Below are positions 1-11,758 of a stretch of DNA of 64,000 nucleotides, one piece after another. The translations under genes were made by a program, and so were the position numbers. Each line of letters opens with the position of its first letter. Within the stretch, counting starts at the first letter, position 1. The notes under the pieces were generated by a model that made no database searches, had not been told where the DNA came from, and was given only the letters and a program-made list of their open reading frames with translations. This stretch comes from an uncultured Phycisphaerales bacterium (GTDB lineage: Bacteria > Planctomycetota > Phycisphaerae > Tepidisphaerales > Tepidisphaeraceae): assembly GCA_963755915.1 (NCBI GenBank), contig CAVWLP010000002.1:4096001-4160000 (forward strand), given 5' to 3'.

Positions 1-5
1 TTTAT

Positions 6-2681
6 TTATTCTTTCACCAGCATCTCGATAACAGGTGAAGGCACATCAAAGGAGTATCTCCCCGCCCTCACCTCAAATGTCGCCTTTTCGACCAGGCGCA
101 CTCCCTCCGACTGCGTGGCGGGCTTACCGCTTTCCGTAATCCCACCCGTGTCGCTGGTCGGAATGTCCAGGAGCGCCGACGTATTGGCAGGAATCAGAAT
201 CTCCAGCCGCATCCGTCCGTTCTCAATCCACCACTCGCTTTCAATTCTCCCGCTTATCGATTCCAGCGCCCCACGAGCCCAGGATAAACCTCCACCCGGC
301 CTCGGCCGTATCACAATTCGCTTATATCCCGCCTCGCGCACATCAAGATCGATTCCCGCGATCGTTGAATACATCCAATCCCCGATCGCCCCGTACGCAT
401 AATGGTTGAACGAGTTCATCCCCGTATCGTTGAACCCCTTGTCGTGCGTCCAGGCGTCCCATCGCTCCCACATCGTCGTCGCCCCCTGCGTGATCGGATA
501 CAGCCACGACGGAAACGTCCGCTGGTTCAGCAGCGCATATGCGACGTCCATCCGTCCGGCTTTTGCCAGTACGTGATTCAAATACGGCGTCCCCACGAAT
601 CCCGTCGAGAGATGCATCCCCCGCGATTCAATGTCCGCCACCAGCGCCTCAACTATTTTCTCCCTCAGCTCGACCGGCAGCAGATCAAAATGCAGCGCCA
701 GCACAAACGCCGTCTGCGTTTTCACCGTCAGCGCCCCGTCGGATTTTATAAACCGCCCCCGCCAGGCGCTTCGCACCTTTTCAAACAGCGACGAATATTT
801 CTCCGCGTCGTCGTTTTTACCGACAACACGCGCAATCTCCGACATCAGCTGCGCGCGCATGCGCATAAAACGCGGTCCCGATCAGATCCGCCGGCGTCTC
901 CGCGTCGATGTTCAGCCAATCCCCATACCCCTTCCACTTCCAATGCTCGTCGGCACGGATGAAGTTGACGCTCTTCTCCTCCAAAAACTTCATAAACCCG
1001 TGCATCATCGGATACCGCGTCCGCAAAATCCGTTCGTCCCCATAGCAGCGGTAAATCGTCCAAGGGCAGATAATGGCCGCGTCCGCCCACGCCGGCCCTC
1101 CTTCGCCGTAGATGCTTTCGACATGCGGCACCACCGACGGAATTCGCCCATCCTCCCCTTGCGAATCCGCCACGTCCTGCAGCCATTTCGTAAAAAAATT
1201 GGCCACGTCCATGTTGAACGCCGCCGTCCGTATGAACACCTGCGCATCCCCCGTCCATCCCAACCGCTCGTCGCGCTGCGGACAATCCGTAGGAATATCC
1301 AGGAAATTCCCCCGCTGGCTCCAGACGATATTGCTCTGCAGCTTGTTGATCATCGCGTCGGAACATTCGAACAATCCTGTCGCCGCCATGTCCGAGTGCA
1401 GCACAATTCCGGTCACGTCATCAACCGTTGGCGTCCCCGGATAATCTCGTAGCTCCAAATACCGAAACCCATGAAACGTAAATCGCGGCTCGAAAATCTC
1501 GTCGCCGCCCCCCTTGGTCGTGTAATGATCCGTCGCCCGCGCGCTCCGCAGCGCCAGCGTATAAGGCTTCCCATCCTTGTCGAGCATCTCCGTATATCTG
1601 AGATCGATTACCTGTCCGGCCGACCCGCGCACTTTCATCCGCACCCGCCCCACGATGTTCTGCCCGAAATCGAAAAGCCACCGCCTCCCATTTGCCGACT
1701 TGACTGGCGGCGCGATCGGCTTCACCTCCATCACTCGTCGAATCGCCGGCGCCCGTCGCGCCACGATCTCGATTCCCGGATCCTCAAATTCCAGCGCCGC
1801 CTGCCAGCGCGAATCCTCAAATCCAGCCGAACTCCATCCCGCAATTTCCAAGCGCGCGTCGTAATCCTCCCCCATCAGCATGTCCGAAGACCGGATCGGC
1901 CCTTCGGAAGCTTTCCAGCTCTTGTCCGTAACGATCGTCTCCGAAGTTCCATCCGCAAATTGGATTTCCAACTGCCCCAGCAGCCGCGGCCGATCCCCAT
2001 AAGTCTGCCGCGGATCGCTATGAAGATGCCCGCAATACCACCCATCCCCGAGAATCGCCCCGCACGCATTTTTCCCGCTTTTCAGCAGCGCGGTCACATC
2101 ATAAACGTCATACGGCACCCGCTTACGATATTCCGTCCGACCCGGCGCAAAATCGAATCGCCCACGCGCGATCCGTTGATTTCCAATTCATGTATTCCCA
2201 GTGCCGTCACATAAAGCCGCGCCCGCTCCACTGGCTTGGCAATCTCGAATTCCTTCCGCAGATACGGCGCCGGCGGAATCGAATAAGGTCCGCCCGAAAT
2301 CGCCGAACCAATCCACTTTCCCTTCCATCCTTCGCCCCCCAATCCCATTTCCCACCAAGCCGCCTCGCTCCACGCCGATGGTTCGCCCCGCCCATCCCAC
2401 GCGCGAACCTTCCAGAAATACCGCTGCCGCGACCTAAGCGCTTTGCCCCCATATTCCACTTGAATCGATCGATCCGACTCGACCCTCCCCGAATTCCACA
2501 AATCCGGCGAAGAATCCAGCGCCCCAATCGAAGAACCCACCCACACTTCGTAAGCCGATTGCACCGCCCCGCGCCGAGCGTCATTCACCCGCCACGAAAG
2601 CCGCGGCCGTAATTCGTCGATTCCCAGAGGATTATCTTCATATTCACAGCGCAGATGCGTCGGATTCGAGGCGGTATTCAT
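6..2681 (-). CDS. Alpha-L-rhamnosidase, GH78 (split by two frameshifts near 2150 and 855)
   Basis: Three consecutive ORFs join into one GH78: LRCEY-NPLGID-PRLSW N-terminus, PTDCPQRDERLGWTGDAQ, GATTMWERWD, MNSFNHYAYGA. Adding one A to AAAA at 2149-2152 restores FAPGRTEY. Confidence 0.9.
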
Positions 2682-2708
2682 GTGTGACAATGATCTTACC
2701 CTCACCGT

Positions 2709-4412
2709 TCATTGCGCGGCAGGCTGCGTGGTTGCTTGGTTGGAATCCAGAGGATTGACGTCATTCTTCAAATCCTTCCAATCCACCTTCTTCGTCGGGT
2801 CCAGGCCGTCGAGATATTTTTCGATATTCGTATATCCGTCCCCATTGCAATCTTCGCTCGCCAGATTCGGATCATGAATATCCAGTCCATATTTCTTCTT
2901 CCACCAATCCGGAATCCCGTCGTTTTCCGAATAAACGGCGGGGGGGCCGCTCTTATATTGTGGATATCCTCCAACCTGGCTGATATCCGTAATGATCCCC
3001 TTCCCCGCCTCATATTCCACCGTCCCCGTGCGCGTCTGCTTGACCGCGCGCTCATCAACCGGGTCGCGCACCGGCAGCGTCGCCCCCGCCCCGTTCAGCA
3101 CCGACTCATACGCCTCTTGCGCCGGCTGGATTGTCACCGGCGCCATGGGAAACGGATGATCCACCCTGATCTGGGCCATCAGCTTCGCTTGTTCATCCGG
3201 CTCCAGATCATCCGCCGACGTCACGTGCGTCAGCGCGAATTGCACGCCGTCGTCCCAATTGTCCGCATTGATCTTGTCGTATCCAACCACGTAATTCCCC
3301 GCCACATACCATTTTCCAAACCGCGGCGTCATATCCGGATGCCGCTTCCAAGCCTGAATCAGCGCCACGCGATAATGCACCGGATCGTCATGCGTCGCCG
3401 GACCAGGCTTGTAATAGTTCCCAATCACGTTCACCCGCGACGTATCGTCCCCTCCGTCCAGAGTCCGATGCTGCCAGTTGAAAATCACGTTGTTGATGAA
3501 ATTAAAATCATATCCCATCCCGATGCTCGCATTGCGCGCCGTGTTGCAAGCCATCAGGTTGTGATGAAACGTCGAATTGCGCCCGCCCCACGTTCCCCCG
3601 AACGCGTGCCCATATTTATTGATTCCCTCGGTAATGATCGACCACTGGATCGTCAGGTTGAAGGTCGGCAGCTTCAGCCTCGTGTTTCTATCCCCCGGCA
3701 CCACTTCATACATTTGCCGGTACATCGAAAGCGTTTCATCCAATCCCCAACTGCACGAGCAATGATCCACGATCACGTTCCCGATCGGATCGCCCCCCAA
3801 GGCATCGTCCCGGTTGAACACATCCGTAATCCCTCGCCGAAATCGCATATAGCGAATGACTGCATCATGCGTGTTCACCTCTGTCGTCTGCCCCGCCACG
3901 CAAACGCCGTCGCCCGGCGCGGTATGCCCGTCGATCGTGATATACGGTGCCCGGATATCCAGCGGACGCTTCAGATGAATAATCCCCGCCACATTGAACA
4001 CCACGATGCGCGGCCCCGCCGCGTCACACGCCTCCCGAAGCGTCCCCGGCCCGCTGTCCTCAAGGCTCGTCACCACGAAAACTCTGCCGCCACGCCCCCC
4101 AAACGTATACATCCCTCCTCCTTCGGCTCCCGGAAACGCCGGAATGTCCGCCTGCGGCAAATCCTCGCATTGCAACACTTTGGCAACATAGATCTTCCCC
4201 TTCTTCTCCCACGCCTCCAGTTCAGGCTGGATCTTCTGCCAGTTTTCGTCCGACAAACGGTCCCATTCTTCCTCATTGGCCTCGGCTTGCGCCGCGCCCT
4301 GCGGATCCTTCTTGGCCGCGCTGATCGCCAGAGGATCGCTCGCCAGCGTTATCCTGCCCGGAATCCACCACAACACCAACGACGCTATCGCCAACCAGAT
4401 ATGTTTTCGCAT
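2709..4412 (-). CDS. Secreted pectate lyase, PL1-like
   Basis: Signal peptide from ATG 4412. Motifs PAFPGAEGGG, GGRGG-V--VTSLEDSGPGTLREA, IVDHCSCSWGLDE, FHHNL and NYYKPGP, plus a C-terminal DGIPDWW/DGYTNIEKYL. Confidence 0.88.
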   Translation of the reverse strand: MRKHIWLAIASLVLWWIPGRITLASDPLAISAAKKDPQGAAQAEANEEEWDRLSDENWQKIQPELEAWEKKGKIYVAKVLQCEDLPQADIPAFPGAEGGGMYTFGGRGGRVFVVTSLEDSGPGTLREACDAAGPRIVVFNVAGIIHLKRPLDIRAPYITIDGHTAPGDGVCVAGQTTEVNTHDAVIRYMRFRRGITDVFNRDDALGGDPIGNVIVDHCSCSWGLDETLSMYRQMYEVVPGDRNTRLKLPTFNLTIQWSIITEGINKYGHAFGGTWGGRNSTFHHNLMACNTARNASIGMGYDFNFINNVIFNWQHRTLDGGDDTSRVNVIGNYYKPGPATHDDPVHYRVALIQAWKRHPDMTPRFGKWYVAGNYVVGYDKINADNWDDGVQFALTHVTSADDLEPDEQAKLMAQIRVDHPFPMAPVTIQPAQEAYESVLNGAGATLPVRDPVDERAVKQTRTGTVEYEAGKGIITDISQVGGYPQYKSGPPAVYSENDGIPDWWKKKYGLDIHDPNLASEDCNGDGYTNIEKYLDGLDPTKKVDWKDLKNDVNPLDSNQATTQPAAQ

Positions 4413-4422
4413 CGACCCGCCC

Positions 4423-5125
4423 TTATTCGTCTGACGCGCCCGCAGGCTGGGAGGCCGCCCCCGCTTGTTTCGCCTTCTGGGCCGCCCCCCAATCTTTGTA
4501 CGCCTGTGCCACATTATGCCCGTGTGAAGTTAAAAAGATATTGATCCTGCCCTTATATTTTTTGAAGATCGCGATCCGCTCGGTTTTGCTCCCGCTGTCG
4601 ATCGCCTCGTCTCGAGCCTGCTCAAGCATCGTGGCAACCATCGCCTTCTCCTCCTCCGTCAGGTTCGGAACGATCATCGGATAATTCCGCAGCGTTGCCG
4701 TCATCTGCCCGCCTGTCATCTTCTCTTTCACCGTATCGATCTGCTCCGGCGTAAGCTCAGCCGAAAGGGCCGCGATGAAATGGTCATGAAGGCCCTGATA
4801 CGACGCCTGGATTTCTTTCGCCTGCGCCGAATCCGGACGCGTCGTCGAAAGCGCCTTCCTCGCCGCGTCGTTGGCAACGTGCCATGCCCGAATCGCCCGA
4901 TACTGCGCAACCAAAACTCCTTGAACCCGTTCCGTCTTCGCCGCATCGTCCAGATGCAGCGCCGCCACCACCGATGTGGCACGCCTCTGGTACGACGCCT
5001 CAGCCGAATCCACCCCTTCCGATCCGCTTTGAACCGCCGGCTCCGTTGTGGCCGCGCCGCGCGGGTAGCACACTCCACACTGCCCCCGCAAGCAGCGCCG
5101 CAAAAACGACGAACGACCTGGTCAT
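4423..5125 (-). CDS. DUF3826-like secreted protein (signal peptide out of frame, frameshift near 5060)
   Basis: LTPEQID-VKEKMT and FKKYKGRINIFL resemble DUF3826. ATG 5125 gives the signal peptide MTRSFVVFAALLAGAVWSVLPAR in a neighbouring frame. Confidence 0.7.
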
Positions 5126-5220
5126 CTCTTTCTCGAATACACTCTGGTTTGACGCGAATCCCACGCCACTCGCAATTGCCCTGGCTCCTTGAATTTAGCA
5201 GCTTGCCCACCAACCGAGAA

Positions 5221-5247
5221 TTGCAAACGTGCGTAAACATGTTGCAA
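5221..5247. promoter_or_regulatory. Possible LacI-type operator upstream of the DUF3826-PL1-GH78 operon
   Basis: TTGCAAACGTGCGTAAACATGTTGCAA is bounded by palindromic TTGCAA ends and lies about 100 bp upstream of the start codon. Confidence 0.3.
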
Positions 5248-5275
5248 TCTCGCGCAGCAATTCGACTCCCGTCTT

Positions 5276-5329
5276 CGTGTAGCCGGCGAGCTTGCTCGCC
5301 GCGAGCAACGTCGAACGGCTCGCCGATCC
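5276..5329 (+). repeat. GTAG-type REP-like repeat, class A copy 1
   Basis: GTAG followed by the hairpin GGCGAGC-TT-GCTCGCC. 53/54 identical to 6744-6797. Confidence 0.85.
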
Positions 5330-5353
5330 TCCCCAAATCCCGACGAATCGCCC

Positions 5354-6675
5354 CTACCGCCCCTCACCCAAACCCATCCCCTCCACCGTAGAATCAAAAA
5401 TCTCCGGCGCCGCCTCCGATTCCGCACGAATCCTGCAGTTCACAAACCGAATCCCCCGCACCCGAACGATCTGCATCGGATTCTGCGCCGATATCCGCAC
5501 GTTCGTCAAAACCACATCCTCAATCGGCATCTCCGGCAACCCGATGAATCGCCCCGCGTTCACACCGTCTTCCGACACCACATTGCTGATCCGCAGATGC
5601 CGCCAGATCGGCGTCTTGTGCGTGATCGGCTCGCCCGCATCTTGCTGGGGATACTCCGGAACCTGCGGATAATAGCTCACGATATCAATCGCCGTTTTCA
5701 CCCGTTTCATCGACAGGTTTTCGTACGTCAGGTTCTCGACCAATCCTCCCCGGTCGCGATCTGATTTAAGCCGAATTCCCGCATCCGTATCCTCAAACCG
5801 GCAATCCCGAACCACCATGTTGCGCACCCCCCCGTTCGATCCTCCCCCGATCGACATCCCATGCCCATGCAGAAACGCGCAATCCTCGATCAGAATATTC
5901 TCGCACGAAAGATGCTCCAGATCCTCGATCGGCCGCGGCTTGATCGCGATGTCGTCATCCCCCGTGTCGATCGTGCAATTGTCGATCAGAATATCGAAAC
6001 CCGACGGGTCGATCCCGTCCGTATTCGGCGAATCCGCTGGCGATTTGATATGGATCGAATCGATCGTCACCTCCCGGCAAAGCCGCGGCACCAGCGTCAG
6101 CATCGGTGAATTCGCCAGCGTCACCCCCTGAAACATCACCCGCTCGCAGTTCGTCAGCATGATCATCCACGGCCGGTGCGGCGGCGCGATGCCCGTAAGA
6201 CCGTTCTTAAAACCCAGAAACTCCTTCCACCACGACTTCCCTTGTCCGTCAATCGTGCCGCTGCCGGTTATTTCCAGATCGTGACAGTCCGAAGCCGTTA
6301 TGCAGTTTTCAAAACCATCCCCGCTCCGTTTGAAATCCGTCCGCCGATCGCTGATCAGGATCGTCGCCCCCGCCGCCAGATGCAGGTTCAAATTGCTCGC
6401 CAGCGCGAACGGCCCCGTCAGGAACCGTCCTGCCGGCACTTCCACCGTCCCCCCGCCCGCTTCGCTGCATGCTGAAATCGCCTTGGAAATCGCCCCGGTC
6501 GTCAGCGTCTTGCCGTCCCCCACGGCCCCAAAATCCATAATGTTAAATCGCCGGTCCGGAATCTCCGGCTTCACAACCGAAAATCGCTCGGCAACGTCGC
6601 CTGCGCACACACCGACCCCACCAAGGCGAAACTCCACCACATTCCCGCGAAAAGGAAAATTATCCCGCTTCTCAT
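5354..6675 (-). CDS. Polygalacturonase, GH28 (frameshift near 6580 after the signal peptide)
   Basis: GH28 motifs NTDGID, GDDDIAIK, GHGMSIG and GIRLKS. ATG 6675 gives the signal peptide MRSGIIFLFAGMWWSFALVGSVCA. Confidence 0.9.
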
Positions 6676-6743
6676 GGTCCCGAGAAGTCACATACTACCA
6701 CATCCGCCAAAATGGGACCCCGCAATCCGCCCGCGCTTGTCCC

Positions 6744-6797
6744 CGTGTAGCCGGCGAGCTTGCTCGCCGTGAGCAACGTCGAACGGCTCGCCGATCC
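6744..6797 (+). repeat. GTAG-type REP-like repeat, class A copy 2
   Basis: Direct near-identical copy of 5276-5329. Confidence 0.85.
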
Positions 6798-6863
6798 CAC
6801 GCCAAGCACCCTCTCCGCCTCACGGACAGCGCCCAAGATATCCCCACCCCCCCCGCGAAATCC

Positions 6864-9555
6864 CTACGCCTTCCTCGCCTTTCGCGACCTCCGGCCCAGC
6901 AGCGCCGCTCCACACACCGCCAGCGCCCAGGGACGCCGGCTCGGGCACCGAAACCACCGCGAATTGGCTGTCATAATCCACGACCGCCCAGGCTGTATCT
7001 CCGGTCGTATCCACGCCCCAGCTACCCAGGTAAAGGCCCAGGTTCGAGTCCGAAATCCCATTCAACGCCGCGAACGATGCGTAGCTGCTCTGCACATCGG
7101 TCTGGGCATCGGCGCCCGTCGCGAGATCCGAGCTCACCGCGTTGCTGAAAGCGACCGATTCCGCGTTGTTGGTTGACGCCAGGAATATGCTGCCCGCATG
7201 TGAGTTGAGCGCCAAGCTTGGCAAGTATGTCATTTGTATAGCGTATGGATCGGTTTGGCCCGATGACCCGCCGCCGATTGTCAATCCCTTCAGGCCCGCC
7301 ACGTCCGATACAAAGTCCGATTGTACCGCCGGCAGATACAGCAGGTCATTCGCATTGACTATGCGCATTTCCATGCTCACGCCCAGTGCCGCACCATTGG
7401 TGACGTTCGATCCCTGCACCAGGTCGATCTTAGTGCCCAGGCCGCCTAGCTCCGTCGCCCCAAGGCCGGCGTAGCTTCCGCCATTGGCAACCGATCGGAT
7501 GATCAGGTTGTCCTTCGTTCCAAACACCGCCGTGTCGCCCAGGAAAACGCCGCTGGACGAATTGTTCGCGATCGAGCCGGTGACGTTCAAGATCGCGCCG
7601 CTGACTCCATTCACCGTCGTTCCGCCCGTATACGTGCTGGTACCGGTCAGATTCAGCGTTCCCGCGACAACATTCAGGGCGACCGTCTTCGTGCTGCCGT
7701 CCTCAATTGTGCCGCCAAAGGTGCTCGACGCAGGAGTTCCCTCAGGGGACGCATATGTGCCGCCCGTGCTTCCGCCCGAGAAAGTAAGGGTCGAATTGCT
7801 CGTCGTACTGCTGTTCGTGATGATTTGGCTCGACGCCGTGGCGCCCGTGCCAGGGGTCAATGTAACGCCCCCGGATGCGATGTTAACGATTGTCGCCGCG
7901 GGGTCGAACGACAACCCCACCAGCAGCGATGGCGTCGATGCTGCACCCTGATTCGCCAGCGAAATAATCGTTCCGCTCTGTCCGGCAATTGTTACGCCCT
8001 CGCCGATGGCCAGGGGGGCATCATACGGAGCATAATTGGTGATCGTCGCCAACGAACTGTTTCCCGCTGCGTTTGAACTCCCCATCGTCCATGCCGCACT
8101 TGCAAAACTTCCCAAGTTCGCACCGTTGACCCCCGGCGCCGGGGCTGATTGAATCGCAAGCCCGGCAACCGTCTGGTTGAACCCCGCGAGGTCCAGCACG
8201 CCGCCCGCATTCTTCGTCGAATCGGTGTCGCCGAACACGACTAGGCCCGGTGTCCCGCCATTGTCCGCCGTCGGAAGCCCTTGCCCGGTCGGCAGTGCGT
8301 TGTTCGTTCCCAGCTTCACGGTGCCCTGTTCGATGTAGGTCGCTCCTTTATAGGTGTTCGCCGGACTGGTCAACGTCAACGACCCGCTTCCGTTATAAGC
8401 CAGGATGCTGTTCACGTACGTCAAGCCCGACTTGGAGCTGCTCGCATCCTCTATCGCGCTGTTGATCACCGTCGCACCCGAACCGCCGATCGTCACGATA
8501 CGGCCCGCATTCGTGCTGCTCAGTGCAAAGGAAGTCGACGCGTTAGCCTGGCCAAAGGTCAGCGTGCTTCCGGATCCTAAATTGTTCGTCAGGAAATTTC
8601 CCGTATTCGCGCCAGTGAAGGTCAGAACCGGACCCCCGCTGACCCCGTTCGCAACGGTAGTGTTGCCCCCGCTGGCATTGAATCCTATGTTCACGTTCGC
8701 CGAGCCGGAGATTGTCTCTCCGTTCTGGGAGAGATCGCCCAGCCCCTGCTGGCCGCCGCCAGACGTGAGCAGTTCGCCGGCGACGTACAAGGGCTCTGTC
8801 ACTTCCAGGTCACCATTGTATGCCAGATTGAGCTGCGCGCTCGATGTGCCCCAATTCCCTGACCCGGCCGTGCTGGAATAGATTCCCGTCACGATGTTCT
8901 TTTGAGCCACCGCCGCTTCGAACCCGCCGCCTATTGTAATCGACGTGCCGTTGAATTGGCTCATGTCCCCTGTAAACACATAAGCCGCCGTATCCGTCGT
9001 GTTTGCGGCGAAGACGGTCTTCACGCTGGTGCTGGTGGCGAGAATCGTCCCGGAAAAACTCATCGTGCCGTCGACATACCATGTCGACGAAGCCGCGACA
9101 ATCGGCGAATCAAACGCTTCATTGGCATTGACCAGCGTGCCGGTGTCCGCCCCATTGGCTCCGACCGTCAGCGTGTCAGTTCCATTGATCGTATAGCCCG
9201 AAGTGTTGAACGTAATTCCGGTCGCGGTAACGTTTCCATCAACAGTAATGGTCCCGACTGTGCCCCCGATGATCGCCTGATCCGTCGAATAAGCCACGTC
9301 GCCCGGCCCCGTCCCGTTAAACCAAACTGTATTTGTCGCAATTGAATCCCAGTTTCCCGACCCACCGCCCGACTCGGAGCCGCTAAAGCCCGGATCCCAC
9401 CACAAAGTCGCCATGGCTGATTGGGTTCTGGCAATCAACGGCGCAATCGCCGCTGCGCCCACCAGAGCAATCGTTGCCTTGCGGCTCTTAAACAACGATC
9501 CCTTTGAATAACCGCGATTATCTGACGACCCGCCCACAACATGCGACTTGCTCAT
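6864..9555 (-). CDS. PEP-CTERM surface protein with autotransporter-associated beta-strand repeats (frameshift near 6930)
   Basis: G/S/T/N-rich. Repeats GSGSLTLTSPANTYKGATYI and GTLNLTGTSTYTGGTTV. VPEPASL is followed in the adjacent frame by ALAVCGAALLGRRSRKARKA*. Confidence 0.85.
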
Positions 9556-9927
9556 TTTTCCTCTCCGTTTACCAACTAACCCAAACCCTTGACCCTTTTG
9601 TTACTGCCCCCGCTAAAGAGGCGGCAAAGGCCAAAGCCGGTTATTTCGATGTGCAACCGACCTTGCAACCAATATACTAGCCTTTCCTAATAAATCCAGA
9701 GAATTATATTTTTTAACCCTATAATCCAGCGATAATTGCATATTCGCGCCGCGAGATTGCGAAATTGCGCACGCAACCGCTGAGTCGCAAAATCCGCCAC
9801 CTAAATCGCGATTGTAGAGTCCCCTCCAAAACCAATTCACCGCGCTACACCATCCACCAACACTTCGCGGGTCCTTTTCGACGCCATGTTTTTCAATTGA
9901 GTCCCCTGCGATGCGCCAAACTGCCGA

Positions 9928-11688
9928 TTATTTCGTCCCCTCACCCGTCAAAACCTCCCCGGAAACGTGGTCAACATTGTTCCTCGGATCGCTCCAATCC
10001 ACCTTCTGCGTCGGGTCCAAGCCATCCAGGTACTTCTCGATATTCGTATACCCATCCCCATTGCAGTCCTCGTTCGCCAAATTCGGGTCATTTAAATCCA
10101 GCCCATACTTCGTCTTCCACCAATCTGGAATCCCATCCTGCCGCGGGTAATTCTCAGGCCCACCCTTGTACTGCGGGTACCCGCCCACCTGGCTGATGTC
10201 CGTGATGATCCCGTTTCCCGCCGAGCCGATGTTGTTCTTCGCCAGCCCTTTCATCGGCTTTATCGCAATCTCCTCCCCCATTCCCCACGTCCTTCCCGTT
10301 GTCACCTCTTTCACGATCCGATCATCGATCGAATCCCGCCTCGGCAACGTCGCCCCCGCATTCGCCAGCACCGAAGTATACGCATCTTGCGCACTTTGAA
10401 TTCTCACCGGCGCCATCGGAAACGGCTCCTCCACCTTCACCTTGCCGATGATCCCTTTGATCTCCTCCGGATCCTCAATCGCCCCCTTCGCGATCGAACC
10501 ATCCGCGTCCGGGTCCGGAGCCTTGCTGAACTGGATTCCCCCATCCCAATTATCCGCTGTCACCCGCGCGTTTCCCTCCACGTAGTTCCCCGACGCATAC
10601 ACCTTCCCCCACCGGCTCACCGGGTTCGATTTCGACCAGCTCTCCGCCGGCTCCAAAATCCGGTACCGCAGCGGACTATCCGGCGTCACCGGCCCAGGCT
10701 TGTAGTAGTTATTGATCATATTAATCCGGCTATTCTCATCCCCCCCGTCCACCGTTCGGTATCGCCAGTTAAACAGCACATTGTTCACGAAATTAAAGTC
10801 ATAGCTCATCGCGATGCTCGGATTTCGCCCCGTGTTGCACGCAATCAGGTTGTGATGAAACGTCGTATTCCGCCCGCCCCAATCACCCCCAAACGCGTGG
10901 TTCCACGTGTTCAGCGCTTCGCTGGTGATGCACCATTGAATCGTCACGTTCACCGTCGGCAGCTTCAGCGCCGGACCGCCGTTCGGAGGCTGATACATGT
11001 GCCGGTAAGTGTCCAGATTCTGGTCCGATCCCCAGCGCGCGGAAATATGATCCAGCACGATATTCCCAACCGGATTCCCATAGTGCGTCCCATGCCGGTT
11101 GAATATGTCGCTCGTCCCGCGCCGCAAACGCAGATACCGAATCACCACATCATGCGCATTGTCCTCGATTCCCTGATCCGCGATGCAAATCCCATCCCCC
11201 GGCGCCGTTTGTCCCGCGATCGTAATGTACGGCGCCTCGATAAAAACCGGCATCTTCAAATGAATAATCCCCGCCACCGCAAAAACCACGATCCGCGGCC
11301 CGGCCGCCTCGCACGCCTCCCGCAGCGTCCCCGGCCCCGAATCGTCCAAACTCGTCACCACATAAACTTTCCCCCCGCGCCCCCCAAAGCTAAACCGCCC
11401 CCCTCCCTCCGCCCCCGGAAATGCCGGGATCTTCGCCTGTGGCAAATCCTCCGGCTTCGACGCCCACGGAATAAACGGCTTGCCTTTCTTCGCCCAATCC
11501 GCCAGCTCCGGCGCAATCTTCGCCAGCACTTCCTTCTCGTGCTCGTCATAACTCTCCAGCCGCGCCTGCACGTCCGGCGGCGCCACCGGCCAGTTCTCCC
11601 GCGCCAACCCCACCCCCAACCCCAACCACGCCGCCATCGCCATCCCCACAAACACCGCCACTCTCATCAGAAACAATCGCCTGATCAT
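9928..11688 (-). CDS. Secreted pectate lyase, PL1-like (paralog of 2709-4412)
   Basis: Same motif set as the first PL1, including an identical EDCNGDGYTNIEKYLDGLDPT segment. Confidence 0.88.
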   Translation of the reverse strand: MIRRLFLMRVAVFVGMAMAAWLGLGVGLARENWPVAPPDVQARLESYDEHEKEVLAKIAPELADWAKKGKPFIPWASKPEDLPQAKIPAFPGAEGGGRFSFGGRGGKVYVVTSLDDSGPGTLREACEAAGPRIVVFAVAGIIHLKMPVFIEAPYITIAGQTAPGDGICIADQGIEDNAHDVVIRYLRLRRGTSDIFNRHGTHYGNPVGNIVLDHISARWGSDQNLDTYRHMYQPPNGGPALKLPTVNVTIQWCITSEALNTWNHAFGGDWGGRNTTFHHNLIACNTGRNPSIAMSYDFNFVNNVLFNWRYRTVDGGDENSRINMINNYYKPGPVTPDSPLRYRILEPAESWSKSNPVSRWGKVYASGNYVEGNARVTADNWDGGIQFSKAPDPDADGSIAKGAIEDPEEIKGIIGKVKVEEPFPMAPVRIQSAQDAYTSVLANAGATLPRRDSIDDRIVKEVTTGRTWGMGEEIAIKPMKGLAKNNIGSAGNGIITDISQVGGYPQYKGGPENYPRQDGIPDWWKTKYGLDLNDPNLANEDCNGDGYTNIEKYLDGLDPTQKVDWSDPRNNVDHVSGEVLTGEGTK

Positions 11689-11758
11689 TTTTCACTCCGA
11701 AACCGCCCCCTCGTTTCGAGCATATAACTTCGCACCCCTCCGCTGGCAACCTCCAAAT

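Noticed and set aside
2712-4544. Long antisense ORFs (e.g. 2712-4544, 10387-11727, 14327-15643, 35092-36579, 38607-40079)
   Set aside because: They are shadow frames of well-supported opposite-strand genes in high-GC DNA and carry no recognisable motifs.
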